From contig OZ240241.1 in the NCBI GenBank assembly GCA_965198115.1, positions 448,001 to 512,000 of the forward strand: 64,000 bases of DNA, in the 5' to 3' direction. How positions within the stretch are numbered: the first letter of the stretch is position 1; each line of letters begins with the position of its first letter. Both the position numbers and the translations under genes were made by a program. The notes beneath the pieces are model-generated. The model had not been told where the DNA came from. It worked only from the letters and a program-made list of their open reading frames with translations, and did not search any database. The DNA is from Candidatus Latescibacterota bacterium (GTDB taxonomy: Bacteria; Latescibacterota; UBA2968). Below, piece by piece: positions 33,343 through 48,049 of the stretch.

Positions 33343-36300
33343 ATGCGCACCTATGCCACCATCCTCACACTGCTGCTGACGGTCCCGGCCTACGCCGTGG
33401 ACACGCTCCAGGTCACCACGCCTGATCCACTGACCGAGGCGTGGCGGTGGACGGAGTTCGACCGGAGCAGCGGGCTGGCCGATAGAGTCCGGAACATCTA
33501 CGAGGACCAAGACGGCAACATTTGGTTCGCGACCGGCGAGGGTGTCCAGCGCTACGATGGGCGAACGTGGAGGACCTATACGACCGAGGACGGCTTGGCG
33601 AACGACGTGGCAAGTGCCATAGTGCAGACTCGGGACGGGGCTATGTGGTTCGGGACGACCAACGGCATCAGTCGGTTCGAGCCTGCAAAGGGGGAGGGTC
33701 AGGCCGCCTGGACGACCTACACGGTGGCGGACGGCCTGGCGAGTAACAGGTCATGGTCCTTCCGGGGCCTCTATCAGGCGCGGGACGGCACACTCTGGGC
33801 AGGCAGTTTCAGCGACTCAACAGGCGCCCCTTCGGGAATCAGCCGCTTTGACGGACAGACCTGGGCCACCGTCGATATACCAGGTGACTTCCCCAGGCTT
33901 TCGATAGCCTCCATCTACCAGACATCGGACGGCGACCTCTGGTTCTGGACCGTCGGTCAGGGCGTACTGCGGTTCAATTCGGCAGGCTCGGCCCCGACTG
34001 CCTGGACCCGGTATACCACCGAGAACGGCCTGGTCAGCAACTCGGTGATTGACATCATGGAAGCCGGGTCCGGCAGTCTCTGGTTCGCCGGTGGTCGTGC
34101 GGGTGTCAGCCACTTCGACGAGTCTGGCTGAAAGACGTACGATGAATTTGGCACCGTGATGACGGTAAGCGGGTCAAATGTCCTGCGATTTCAGGGGGGC
34201 AGATGGCAGGTGGTTGCCTTCCCATTCCTCAGTTCTGCTGCCAATGCCCTAATGACTTTGGGTGGCAGAATCTGGATCTGGTCCATTGATGGGACCAAGG
34301 CGCATCTGTTCAGCCCGAAGACCTCGCCGTGGACGGTCTTCGCTGATGCCCCGTCCAGCTCCGTCGTCTCGGACGTACGGGCATCAGACAATCTGTTCGT
34401 TCTGGGTGACGAAGTATGGCTGGGAGGTCCGATGGGGCGGTTCGCTTTGACGGCGGAACGTGGATGAATTACACGTCAGAAGACGGGCTGATCGACGGAC
34501 CCATCACTACGATTCTGAAGGAAAGAAACGGCGCGCTCTGGTTCGCCGGGCAGCATCAGGGCAAGAGTGGTGCGGCCCGCTACGACCGAAGTGGGTGGCG
34601 CGTCTTCGCCGAATCCGATGGGCTTGTCGGCGACAACATCGTAAACGGACTTGCAGCCGACAACGGCGACATCTGGCTCGGCACAAAGAAGGCAGGATCG
34701 GACAGCGGGGTCCTGATGCGCTTCAATGGACGAACCTGGACCGTCTACACCATCGACGATGGCCTCATCCATGACAGAATCTACGGCATCGACCAGACGC
34801 CGGACGGCATCATCTGGATAGGCACGACCCGGGGACTTGGCCGATTCGACCCGGATTCTGGTCAATGGAGCAGCTTTCTGCCCCATCCCGAGTCAAGTCC
34901 AGCAAACCAGAAGGTCCGCACCCTCTCGGCGACCCGCGATGTCTGGATCGGCCAGGCCGCTCGGGACGGGGGCGCGGCGTATCTGGACGGCCAAGCCTTC
35001 AGCTGGTTTACCACCGAAGACGGTCTGGCGGACGACGGCGTTTGGGAAATTTTCCAGAGCCGTGACGGCACCGTCTGGGCAGGCACGAATCAGGGCCTCA
35101 GCCGGTATGACGGCACGGTCTGGACCTCCTACACTGACCCAAGCCTCAGTCCCGTTGCCATCCGGCTGCGAAGCATCGGGGAAACGACGGACGGCACGCT
35201 CTGGATGCGTGGAAGCGGGCCAGGTGGGCCGGTCGTGCGGTATGTCCCTGACAGGAAGGCGCCCGAGACGCGCATCCAGAACCCCGTGGACCGTGTCTCC
35301 TCGCTGGGCAATGTCCACTTTCAGTGGATCGGCGATGACGCTTGGAACGACACGTCGCGCGACCAGCTCCGCTACGAGTTCAGGCTGAACAGCGACGCTT
35401 GGAGCGTCGCGTCCGACCAGACCGCCTTCACCTTCATCTCGCTCTCATTCGGCAGCCACCGTCTCGAAGTTCGCGCTATCGACCACGACGGCAACATCGA
35501 CCCGACCCCTGCCGTGCACGCCTTCGTGGTTGAGGCGCCTTGGTGGCGCAACCCCGTCGTGGCAGGACCTGGCGTGCTGCTCATTTTGGCCGTCCTCTTC
35601 CAGTCGGCGCGTGTGGTGCAGGCCAAGCGCAAGCTCCAGGAGTCGGTAGACGCCCTCTCATCGGCCAACAACGAACTGTTCCAGGTCAACGTGGACCTCC
35701 AGCGGGAGCAGGTGCTGGAGCGGCTGCGTGGTCAGGCGCAGGGGATGCAGACGAGCGGTGACATCGATTCGGTCGTCGAGGCTGTCCACCGTGAGTTGAC
35801 TGGCCTTAGTGCATGGGTTCATAAATATTATTACGTATGTTCTGAACATTATTTGTAGCTTATGTTCTCCTTCAAAAGGAGGAGAACAATGCCAAGACGT
35901 TCGCCTTATGTGGTGCTACTGTCTGAGAAGGAACGGGTCGACCTCGAGCGAATGGCTGGACAATATACGTTACCGTATTATCAAGTGATCCGATCGAAAA
36001 TCGTGCTTCTCGCCGCCGAGGGATTATCCAACAAGATTATCGCCCAACGGTTGGATGTCCCGCGTCCGATCGTAAGCAAATGGCGTAAGCGCTTTTTCGA
36101 AGAGCGTCTTTCGGGACTCGAAGATAGATCTCGTCCCGGGCGCCCGCCCGGTTTTCCCCCCTCAGGTGGTCGTTCAGATCAAGGCGCTGGCGTGTGAACT
36201 ACCGAGCGAGAGCGGGATACCGCTCTCGCGGTTCAGCTGTTCCGAGATTGCCGCCGAGGCAGTGCAAAGGGGCTTCGTTGCCAAGATCAGCGGCGCCACT

Positions 36301-38253
36301 GTCTGGCGCTGGTTGAACGAGGACGCGATTCGTCCTTGGTATCATCGCTCCTGGATTTTCCCACGGGACCCGGACTTCCAAACCAAAGCAGGTAGAGTCC
36401 TTGATCTGTATCACCGCCAATGGCAAGGAAAGCCTTTAGGGCCGAGGGAATATGTACTTTCTGCCGACGAAAAGACCAGTATTCAAGCACGAGCTCGCAA
36501 GCACGTTACCCTACCGCCAGCCTCGAACAGAGCGGCACGCGTTGAAACACGAATACGAGCGGAAAGGAGCCCTGGCCTATCTGGCTGCTCTCGACGTGCA
36601 CAATGGTCGAATCTTCGGTCTCTGTGAGTCTTCTTCGGGTATCGAGCCCTTCAACCGGCTCCTGAGCCTGATCATGAGCCGGAAACCCTATTGCTCGGCA
36701 AAGAAAGTCTACCTCATCGTGGATAATGGCTCCTCGCACCGAGGGCAAACATGCATCGACCGTATCCAGGGGAAGTGGCCAAACATCCACCCCGTTCACC
36801 TTCCGATCCACGCAAGCTGGCTCAATCAGATCGAGATCTACTTCTCGATCCTCAAACGCAAGGCTCTGACACCTATCGAATTTGCATCGCTCGAAGAGCT
36901 TGAGGCAAGAATCCTCGGTTTTCAGGAACGCTACGGACGTATCGCCACACCCTTCAAATGGAAGTTCACACGAACAGATCTCGCGGAGATGATCGACAAA
37001 CTCAGGTTCTACGATACGCCCTTGGCAAAGTCTGCTTAGAATACGTCACCGTATTTGCGAACAGGAGTAATAAGCCTACCCGTATTCAGTTCGGGATTGG
37101 GCATCTACCGTTCAGGCGTCTATCGTTCGGAGTTGGATGTAGAAGCCTGGGTCATCACACCAGATGGTCTCGCGACCAGGCCAAAGAGAGACGACTGGGT
37201 CGACACCGAGGCTCTGGAGGCTCAACAGCGTGGCGACTTCTACCTGCACCGACCTACCGAAGGGCAAGAAGCCAGGACCGTCATAAGAGAGCTACTCGCC
37301 ACCGGTCGAGCGCTGAAGTGGAAGGACGTGCCAGAAGAGCGGTGGCCCGAGCGAGTGGATCACTATCATGTCTATTTTGACGGTGGCCGAGTGGGCTTCT
37401 CGGCGACTGAACCGATAGCCGAGGAGTATCTGGCCCTGATCAGGCGGTTCGGCGAAGTCTTCGGGTTCGCCCACTCACGCTGGGAAGAACTGAAGCAGAA
37501 GGAAGCATATCTGCAGGTGACGGAGGCCGAACTCCAAACTGCCCACGATATGCAGATGGGGCTGATGCCCATTTCCCCGCCATCGGTTGAAGGGTTCGAT
37601 GTTACGGGTCGGTGTGTGGCAGCTAACCACGTGGGCGGTGACCTGTTCCAATATTTCCGATCAGGAAAGTCGCTGTCAATCGCCCTGGCTGACGTGACAG
37701 GTAAGGCAATGGACGCGGCGTTCCCCGTCGTGATGTTTGGCGGAATCCTCGACAACCAGATGGAACAGGCACCTCCCCTTGAGGAGCTATTCCCGAGGCT
37801 CAATAGTTCACTCCACCGGTCCCTCGATTCGCGCACATTCATCTGTTTTGAAATGGCGGAAATCGATACAGAGTCAGGGACCGTCAGATATTCCAACGGG
37901 GGCCTACCTTACCCCTACCACTTCCACGACGGCGAAGTCTCCGAACTCCAAGTTGACACCTATCCTCTCGGAGTGCGTCCCGATACGGAATACGACGTCA
38001 TAGAACGCCAGCTGGCAGAAGGTGACTACCTGGTTATCTGCTCCGACGGCTTCGCAGAGGCAGAGAATGAAGACGGTGAACATTTGGCTATGAGCGGATG
38101 TCCGAGGCCGTGAAGAACGCGTGTGGCGAAGGGATGTCTGCCGAAGGCGTCATCGACCATCTCATCGCAGCTGTGAATGACTTCGGAGCTGGCACGGTAC
38201 AGAGCGATGATATGACCTGTGTTGTCGCTAAGGTTACGGGGAGAAGAGAATAA
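33343..38253 (+). pseudogene. Paralogous beta-propeller/Y_Y_Y sensor with SpoIIE/PP2C phosphatase output; in-frame TGA (34129-31), frameshifts and IS630 insertion
   Basis: N-terminus and TM region near-identical to the 23828 gene. C-terminus has AHDMQMGLMP, VGGDLF, ADVTGK, SDGFAEA and SDDMTCVV. Confidence 0.85.
35809..37070 (+). mobile_element. IS630-family IS with split ORFs (from 35889 to 37039)
   Basis: TA-flanked imperfect IRs, HTH orf, TTTTCCCCC junction, ADEKT, DNGSSH and HASWLNQIE motifs. Confidence 0.9.
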
Positions 38254-38281
38254 GGCTTAACGGCTTGAGCACTTTTCATGG

Positions 38282-38423
38282 GGGCACAGGACTTGGGCTG
38301 TCGATTACGAAGAAGTTTGCGGAGCTGCTGCGCGGGACGATTGGCGTGGAGAGCGAGGTAGGCAAGGGCAGCACGTTTACGGTGCGGGTGCCGGCCGGTT
38401 ATCAGCCGCCCGAGTTGGCTTGA
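38282..38423 (+). pseudogene. Orphan HATPase C-terminal remnant
   Basis: [46 protein letters not shown], near-identical to 27843..27977. Confidence 0.85.
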
Positions 38424-38641
38424 TTCAGCATTCTCTCAGAAACATATTGGAACACGGATCGAAAAGGAAAACCTGCTGAAAAGCAGGGGACGCAAAGGAG
38501 CGGGTCCTCGTCAGACCGACCTCGTGAGGGGAAAATTGGTTCTATGCCTCCTAACTCATCAGAAGGGGGCCTGTAGGGCGCACCGGCGGTGGTTAGGTTT
38601 ACCTACTCCCTTGGGTAGCTTTGGGTTTTATTGGACAAAAA

Positions 38642-40061
38642 GGCTATATCCGGATCTCTCAACGAGATGAAGTGGGTGAAGGTGCCGTGGTTCCTGGCAT
38701 GGGGGCGCGGTTAGCGTGTGCGGAACCTCTTCGGAATCTGCTCAGGGATGTTTATGTCTCCGACGGTAAGGAAGATCATATCGTTGAATGCGTCGAGTGT
38801 GCGGAATCCGCTGGCTCGGTTCTTGACGATTTGGACGATTCGGTTGAGGCCTTCGGCGATGGCGTTGGTAAGACGCGTGTTCACGAATGCGAGGACGCCG
38901 AAGAAGTGCTGTCGCAGGGTCCTGACGAACTTTCGCAGGGGTTCAAGTCGACTTCTGAGTGCGGACGTCGTCCAGCATTTCAGGAAGCGTTCGGCAGCCC
39001 AGGGCGCTTTGTATTCCCAGAACTGCTCGAACTCGTCCTTGAGTCTCCAGGCTCTATAGATTCGGTAGTTCGCCTTCTCCAGTGCTTTGAGTGTCCGAGT
39101 ATCCCCTCTGGAGCGTGTCGCTGAGTGCCGGTAGAGGAGCCATCGGAGGCCCTTCATGGCTTTGCGCTCATCCGGGGCAGCTTTACGCCACTGGTCCTTA
39201 CGGACCTCGTCAACGGCGGCATTGAGAGCCTTGACGATGTGAAAGCGATCGAGGACCAGCTTGGCATTCGGACAGTGTTCCTGGATGGCTCCGATGTAAG
39301 CTTCGCTCATGTCGCAGCAGGCCCACTCGATCTTGGATCTCCGGTAGGGACTGAGAGCCTCTGTGAAGAACCGATCGATCGTTTTACGCGCCCTGCCGCG
39401 GCCAACCCACACCACGCAGGAGCGGTCCAGATCGTAAACGAGCGTGGCGTACCTGTGACGCTTGGCGTAGGAGATCTCGTCGATCCCGATGGTTTTGAGC
39501 CCTCGGATACGATGACCTTCACGAAGCCGCGTGATGGATCGGTGAAGGAGATCCGACAGCGTCGAGGCAGAGATGCGCAGTAACTCGGACGCCGCCTTCT
39601 GCGTCATGGTCTGGCAGTAGCGCAGCATGGCATACTCGAAGCGATACGTCACCCGAGAGAACCGCTCCGCCCACGGAATCTCCTCGACCACACGACCGTG
39701 GGTAGGACACCGAATCTCCCGAGGATGGTAGAGAAGCCAGACCCTCCACCCGCACACCGGAATGTCACGCCACCGACGCGGATGGGGCATTGTGCGGACG
39801 ATTTTACCTCGACGGCCGCACTCCGGACAACAACAACCATTCTTATGTGGCTTTACGGCGATGACGAAGCAGCTTCTCCCCTCAAACCACCAGCTGACAA
39901 CACGGAACCCCTTGAATCTCAGCAGTTTCGATAGTAATCTGCTCCCGGTCATAGGTCGCACCCCCTTCGCTTTGATTGTCCTACACACACAACCAAGCGT
40001 AGGGAACGATCTATGACCTTGTCATTCTATAGTTTCACCGTTGAGAAACCCGGATAGAGCC
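38642..40061 (-). mobile_element. ISL3-family IS, copy 5 (transposase 38711..39988)
   Basis: Same IRs. Flanks GACAAAAA vs AAAAAAAA do not match. Confidence 0.96.
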
Positions 40062-40226
40062 AAAAAAAAAAGCGCAGTCTTGACAACTTTCATTGTGTCT
40101 TTTGTTTTCCTGGGCCTTACCTATCTCTTGTTCAACACCGAGTGGCAAATCATCGGCTATGTCACCGGTTTCTGGGGATTGACAGGAATCGCTTATGGCT
40201 TAGCGGAGATATACAAGGCTCTCTGA
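40062..40226 (+). pseudogene. 3' fragment of a small two-TM membrane protein
   Basis: Hydrophobic ORF remnant starting at the IS junction. Confidence 0.45.
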
Positions 40227-40313
40227 CGAACCCAAGCCAAAATACCGCTCAGTAGAAAGTAATAGAATCAGGCCCCGGTGGTAGACGTACCGATCACTCG
40301 GTGGCCAGGCTTG

Positions 40314-41701
40314 GGTCAAGTCCCATAGTCAGTTGAAACTCATCGGGCTCCGTGGTATTCATGCTCTCTGCCGAGCATCTTGATTGTCGCCGAGATTCAG
40401 GTTGTTTTTCAGTGCTTGCCTGAGCAGCGGGAGGTGTTTGTATCCGCTCACGCGTCGCAGGCGTGGTTCGATGTCGAGGAGTGCGGCCGCGACCCATCTG
40501 TGTCGCTGAGGAGAGTTGTTCCAGCGGTTGACCTTCCGTATCAGGTTGCCGGTCATGCTGTTGAGCGCCTCGATGCAATTGGTGGTTCGGAAGCTTCGCT
40601 TCAAGAACGGGAGCATCCCCAGCCGGTGGAGGGTCAGGGTTTCCTCCAGTCCTTCCTCGAGGCTTGCCACGGCAGACTGATTCATCAGCTTGAGTTCGGG
40701 TTTGAGTGATTCGAGTGCGGCCTTTGCCTCCTCGTAGGTGTCGCAGTCATAGGCTTTCTGAAGTTTCCGTCGAACTCTTGGACGTTCTGCCTCCGGGAGG
40801 TAGCTGACGACGTTCTCGCGCTTGTGCCACTGACAGCGATGCACGCACACATCCCCTTTGAGGGCTTTGGTGACGGCACTGCGGAGTCCCTTTGAGCCGT
40901 CCAGCACAACGAGAAGGCCCTGGTCGTAGCACAGGCCTCTCCGGATGAGATCCTGGATCAGCTGACGGCAGATCCGTTCGTTCTCCGTCGCCGATTCGAC
41001 GAAGCCCAGGGGGATCTTCTGGCCGTCCGTCGTGACGCCCGGAGCGATCACGATCTCTTCGTCGGCAAAGCTCTTTCCGTCGATGAACAGGGCGACCAAG
41101 TCGTAGTCGTCGAGCGGTCGTTCCTGGAACTGCTTCAGCTTCTTTGCGGTGGCTTTGATGAACCGTCGCGAGACGGAGGATGCCGAGATTCCGAACGCTT
41201 CGGGTACCGACTCTGCACAGGCTCTGTAGTTGCGACAGGAGATTCCCTTGAGCACACGAAGCAGCAGCTTCTCATCCATCGCTCTGGGCCTCTGCATCCC
41301 CCGGTATGCGGCCAGAGAAACCTCCGTATCGGACTCGACGTCGCGCACACGGGGAACGGCCACCGGCAGCTTCTGGTCCATCAGATACACGGACCCTTTC
41401 TGGCTTCCCCATCGACGATGCGACTGCTCTGAACCCTTACGCGCATACCGAACGCCTGCGAGCTGCTCCACCTCCTGCTGGAGCACGTCGGCAACGGCCT
41501 CCAGACCCAGCGGAATCAGCGCCCGGATCACCGATAAACGCGTCTCCAAATCCATAACGTCTGACCCAACCTTGACTTCGCCATCCCCTGCAAATAGCTT
41601 CTCCATCGTGGGCTCCTTTCTTACGGGTACACGCTCTCACACGTCTACCCACAACGTAAGTTTGGAGCCCTTTAAGTTTCAACTAGGATAGGGACCTCAC
41701 C
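40314..41701 (-). mobile_element. IS256-family IS, type A, copy 2, complete (transposase 40359..41606)
   Basis: 26-bp imperfect IRs ending AGTTGAAAC; 8-bp TSD CAGGCTTG. Confidence 0.95.
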
Positions 41702-41710
41702 CAGGCTTGA

Positions 41711-44014
<2,304 letters not shown>

Positions 44015-44110
44015 GCTCGGCGAGGTGCTCGTAACGGTCGTCTCCTGTTGCGTCCACCAAGCCGAGGTAACTGCAGACCGCAAAGGCATCAGTCCACAGA
44101 TACCGCTGCG
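44015..44110 (-). pseudogene. Fragment of a conserved hypothetical protein
   Basis: PQRYLWTDAFAVC..L..ATGDDRY motif, cut off at the katG 3' end. Confidence 0.45.
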
Positions 44111-44652
44111 GATAGGAAGAATACACGGGGTCTTCTCCTTCTGAGGCAAGGGTAGCTGGGTCCTGAGCATCCACTTCGAGAACGGGATATCATGCTCTAC
44201 CAGGTATTCGAGATGCTTCGTGCTCAGCATGAGCCCAACCGATGCGGCCACGTGAATACGAACGGGTGGGGCACCCGCAGGAGGCGTCGTGGGAACCGAT
44301 TCCATGACCCGCGAGGAGCTGATTCAAGCGCGGGAGACGGCCCGGACGGGAGAAGAAATCATCCGGGCGGTGGCGGATCGAGCACGCGAACGCGCACGAT
44401 GGCACGGCCTGCCCCCCGGACCGAATCCCGACCGAGGCGGCCCTGGCGGCCTGGCTGCCCGGACGAGGCGAAGCGCGAGGCGGCCCGGCTGGCCCGCGAC
44501 CTGTTCGAAGACGTGTCGCTCTCGAATCTGATCCGCGTGGCTACGGCGGTCCATCGAAGCGCGGCAAATGCGGATGGGATCGACCCGGAGCCCATCACCG
44601 ATAATGAGTCACTGGAACGGCTGCCCGGGCTGATCGAAGGCCATCAGACCCG

Positions 44653-44910
44653 ATGCAACTGACCGACGAGCATTACGCGGCAGCGGTGATTATCCACGAG
44701 TGTGAGCTCGCAGGAATCCCGGTCAAGGAGATGGCGAGCAGGATTGGGGTGTCCCGCCAAACATTATATAACTGGTTTCGCGATCCTCAGCACACTCGCT
44801 TGCAAAACGCCTCAAAGCTGTATTCCGGGGAAACCAGACTGATCATCGCTAATATTTTCCTTCGTCCTAATGCCTTGAGAAAAAGGAAACGCCGAGCATC
44901 TCGAACCTGA
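44653..44910 (+). CDS. Small HTH protein, possibly a phage-derived remnant
   Basis: KEMASRIGVSRQTLYNW helix-turn-helix. Confidence 0.55.
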   Translation: MQLTDEHYAAAVIIHECELAGIPVKEMASRIGVSRQTLYNWFRDPQHTRLQNASKLYSGETRLIIANIFLRPNALRKRKRRASRT

Positions 44911-45591
44911 GACACTCGGCGCAATTTCGTAGGCCGAACACCCCAGGCTGCGCATCCATACCGAAGTCGTATGAAGTCCGGGCCTTTCAGCGACCGGAAC
45001 CATAGTGTCCGGCGATAATGAATGCGCACGAGTAAGTTACCTTTGGGAGGTGACGTGGACAAGAAGTGGGATGTGCGGAGCAGGAAAGAAAGCTGAAAGA
45101 AGTGATCACCAGTTGGTATGGCCTTGAACGACCTTTTCACGTCGTCTCGGTTGGGTCATCCACGGAGCGGTGGCGTAAGGAGTCTGAATCGTTGAACTTG
45201 GGTTTCGACTCTGTCGCCAACCCGTCTGGCGTCTTTCTTGCAATACGGTCCGGCGAGAGGAGGCCAGCGATGGACGCACAACAGACCCTACAGAAGCAAT
45301 TGCTTGAGGATCTCGCACGACTCCACCACCTGATCATTCGTTACGCGAACGGGGATAGGCCGGTCAAGGTTGAGCGGTATCAACTTGAAGGTGCTGTGTC
45401 TGTGAAGATGGCGCTTTGGCGCGGTTGCCTGGATCGAGGCTTGACACACAGGGATAGGTGAGGTATCGTGAGGATACAGAGGGGCGCACTTTCTGGGGCC
45501 AACTGGCCCATTGGGGAAGTGCGCCCTTTTGCGTATGTGGCAAAGTCAGGAGGAAGTAATGTGCAGATTTGCTCTTGTGTCAGCCACCGTC

Positions 45592-46965
45592 GAGCTCAGG
45601 TCAATAGGTGTGTAAAAGAAATCAGGCGGCCATCTTCCCGGCTTCGACCTTCGGTCCGGTTGAGTGTTTCTGATCGTAGACTTGTTGTAGCAAGTGTGGC
45701 GCGGTGAGTTTCCTGAATCGGCTCTCTGCGACCTTGAGCGTACGCCAGATGAGAGCCGTGGCGTTCCTGACTTTCTTGAATCGCCTGGCGGCGTTTGTGC
45801 GAAGCCGAACGGAAGCAAAGGGGCTCTCGACGACGTTCGTGGTTCTCAGGTGTTTCCAGTGTTCCTTCGGGAAGTCGTAGAACGTGACCATCCGATCCCA
45901 GTCTCTTTCGAGCGTCTCCACGGCGGCAGGGAACTGTGAGCGATACCGTGCGGCAAAGCGTTTCCGGAGCTTCTCGGCCTCCTTTTTCGTGCCGGCATAG
46001 GGGATCTGGACGAGCAGTGCGCGGGCTTCAGCCTGTGCACGCTTGGCGACCTTGTCGAGCACGTTGAGGATCTTGTGGTTCCAGCACCGTTGTTGCCGGC
46101 TCTCTGGCCAGACCTGATCAACGGCCGCCCAGATGCCCATATTCCCGTCCGCGGCGATCAGGACAGGATGTTCGAGCCCGCGATCCCGGAGATCCCGTAG
46201 CACCGTGAGCCAGGATTCTGTAGACTCTCGATAACCGGGTTCTATCGCCAGGATCTCCTTGCTGCCGTCGCTCATCGCGCCGATCACGACCAGCAGACAC
46301 GCCTTCTCGCGCTCGAGCCCGGCTTTGACGTAGATGCCATCAGCCCAGGCGTAGACCAGTTCGCGATTATCCAGACGCCTTTCTTTCCAGTCCTGGAAGT
46401 CGACCTCCCACTTCCCTCGAAGACGAGCGATCGAGGTCGGCGAAAGCGGCGCGCCATCACCGAGCAGCGCACGCAAAGACAACTCGAAGTCGCCCTGGGA
46501 GAGACCGTGGAGATAAAGGTCGGGAAGCAGATCTCCAATGGCCCTGGTTCTCCGGGCGAACAGGGGGAGGATGCGGCTTTCAAACCGCTCTTCCAGACCA
46601 CGAACCCGGGGACGCCGGACCTTGATCGTTCCGCAGCTCGTCGAGAGACGCCGGGGCTTGCCGTAGCCGTTCCTGTAGCCCGTGGAGCTATCGACCTCGG
46701 CTCGGCGCTCATACCACGACCGGCCCAAGAACGCGGTCGCCTCCTCCTCCAGAATGGACTGGAACCGGCCCTGGATCTCTTCACGGATCCAATCGTCAAC
46801 CGTCTCCCACGTCGGCATGGACTTCAATGGGGCTCTATGCGTATGTTCCTTCACGGCGATCCTCCTTCCCAACCGGGCCTCTCACCCGGTTTTGTGTGAA
46901 TCAACTATCTCACGGGAAGGGTAGGGTCGCCCTTTCTCTTTTTCCACACCTTTTGATTATAGCTC
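45592..46965 (-). mobile_element. IS256-family IS, type B, copy 1 (transposase 45622..46872)
   Basis: IRs GAGCTCAGGTCAATAGGTGTG / GAGCTATAATCAAAAGGTGTG; 9-bp TSD GCCACCGTC; WADGIY, QRCWNHK and RTTNVVES motifs. Confidence 0.95.
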
Positions 46966-47040
46966 GCCACCGTCCTGCTTCTCGCTTTTGGAACACAGGA
47001 TGTTAAGGCAATCAACTAAGACCAGTGAGAAGGAGGGTTT

Positions 47041-47300
47041 ATGAGGGCGCTGAATGCATTGCTTGCGTGCTCGCTAATTATCGGGAACAGCTACGCAGGA
47101 GGATTGGAAATCATTCACATCAACATCGGCCAAGGTGATGCAACGCTCATCCTTGGCCCAGCGTCGGAGGATGGTTCAAGGAGGACGGTGCTCTATGATG
47201 CGGGGAATATCCCTGGTTACGGAGCGCCTGATGGAGGGAAGCGGATCTCTGCTGTCTTAACCAGACGAGGTATCACCAAAATCAATTACTTCATCGCGTC
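47041..47300 (+). pseudogene. ComEC/Rec2-type metallo-beta-lactamase-fold protein, truncated
   Basis: AGGAGG RBS, signal peptide, INIGQGDATLI and LYDAG motifs; similarity stops before the HxHxDH motif. Confidence 0.7.
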
Positions 47301-47686
47301 TTCTGGGAACGCGGAAGCAGGTAGGTATGCCGATCAGGGGCGAGGAATCTGTTGAGATGAAGCGGGCGATCTGGAAGAGTCTGAGGCGCCAGCGGCGTTC
47401 TTGACATCCCACGTGGGACGGGCTGGGATAGTTGGCGCAGAGGGGGCACCTCTGTCCAGGGGGATATTCTGGGTTCGATTTCGTTGTCGGGATCGCCCGG
47501 GGTTAATAAATATACTGATATTCCGATCACCTCAAAGCAGCTATCCCTTCTCACGAGTTCTTCCCTCAAGCAGGAGACAAAATAACTTTGCCATCTGCTC
47601 CACCTTGCTTATCCAGTCCTGATGCCAGCTGCATGAAACATGCCACCGAACCCTGGATGGGGAGCATCGCATTATTCACTGCACGA

Positions 47687-47930
47687 TCACGCGTCCTGTC
47701 GAACACGAAGTCGTAGGCCCAGACGTGGTTGCGATGCTGCGGCCTGAGCCGGACACAGGAGCCATCGTGTGAACCACAGCCGACCCCGCTTGGGCTCAGC
47801 CCTTCCTGCCGCCAAATGCGCTCGACCCGCTTGTGGTTCACGCGCCAGCCATCGGTCCTGAGGAGGGCCGTGATACGGCGGTAGCCATACCGGCCATACT
47901 CAGAAGCCAGAGACACGATGTTCTCCCGGC
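47687..47930 (-). mobile_element. IS3-family orfB internal fragment
   Basis: YGRYGYRRITALL..VNHKRVERIWRQEGL..NHVWAYDFVFDRT. Confidence 0.85.
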
Positions 47931-48049
47931 TCGCGCTTCCAGGTCCGCGCCCGCCTGTAAACAACGAGTCACGTCAGACACCTCTGCAGCGTCGAAAAAG
48001 GAGCTGACCTCGTTGCGCTCGTCCCTGTGCTAAGCACAGGGACGCGTAG

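Noticed and set aside
8673-34131. Stop-codon reassignment or Sec/Pyl readthrough to explain the in-frame TAG/TGA codons
   Set aside because: TGA and TAG both terminate clear full-length genes here (katG TGA, SRPBCC TAG). The contexts fit Gln, Trp or similar sense codons lost by single transitions.
23828-38253. Diversity-generating retroelement acting on the paralogous sensors
   Set aside because: No reverse transcriptase is present, and differences between the repeats are not adenine-specific.
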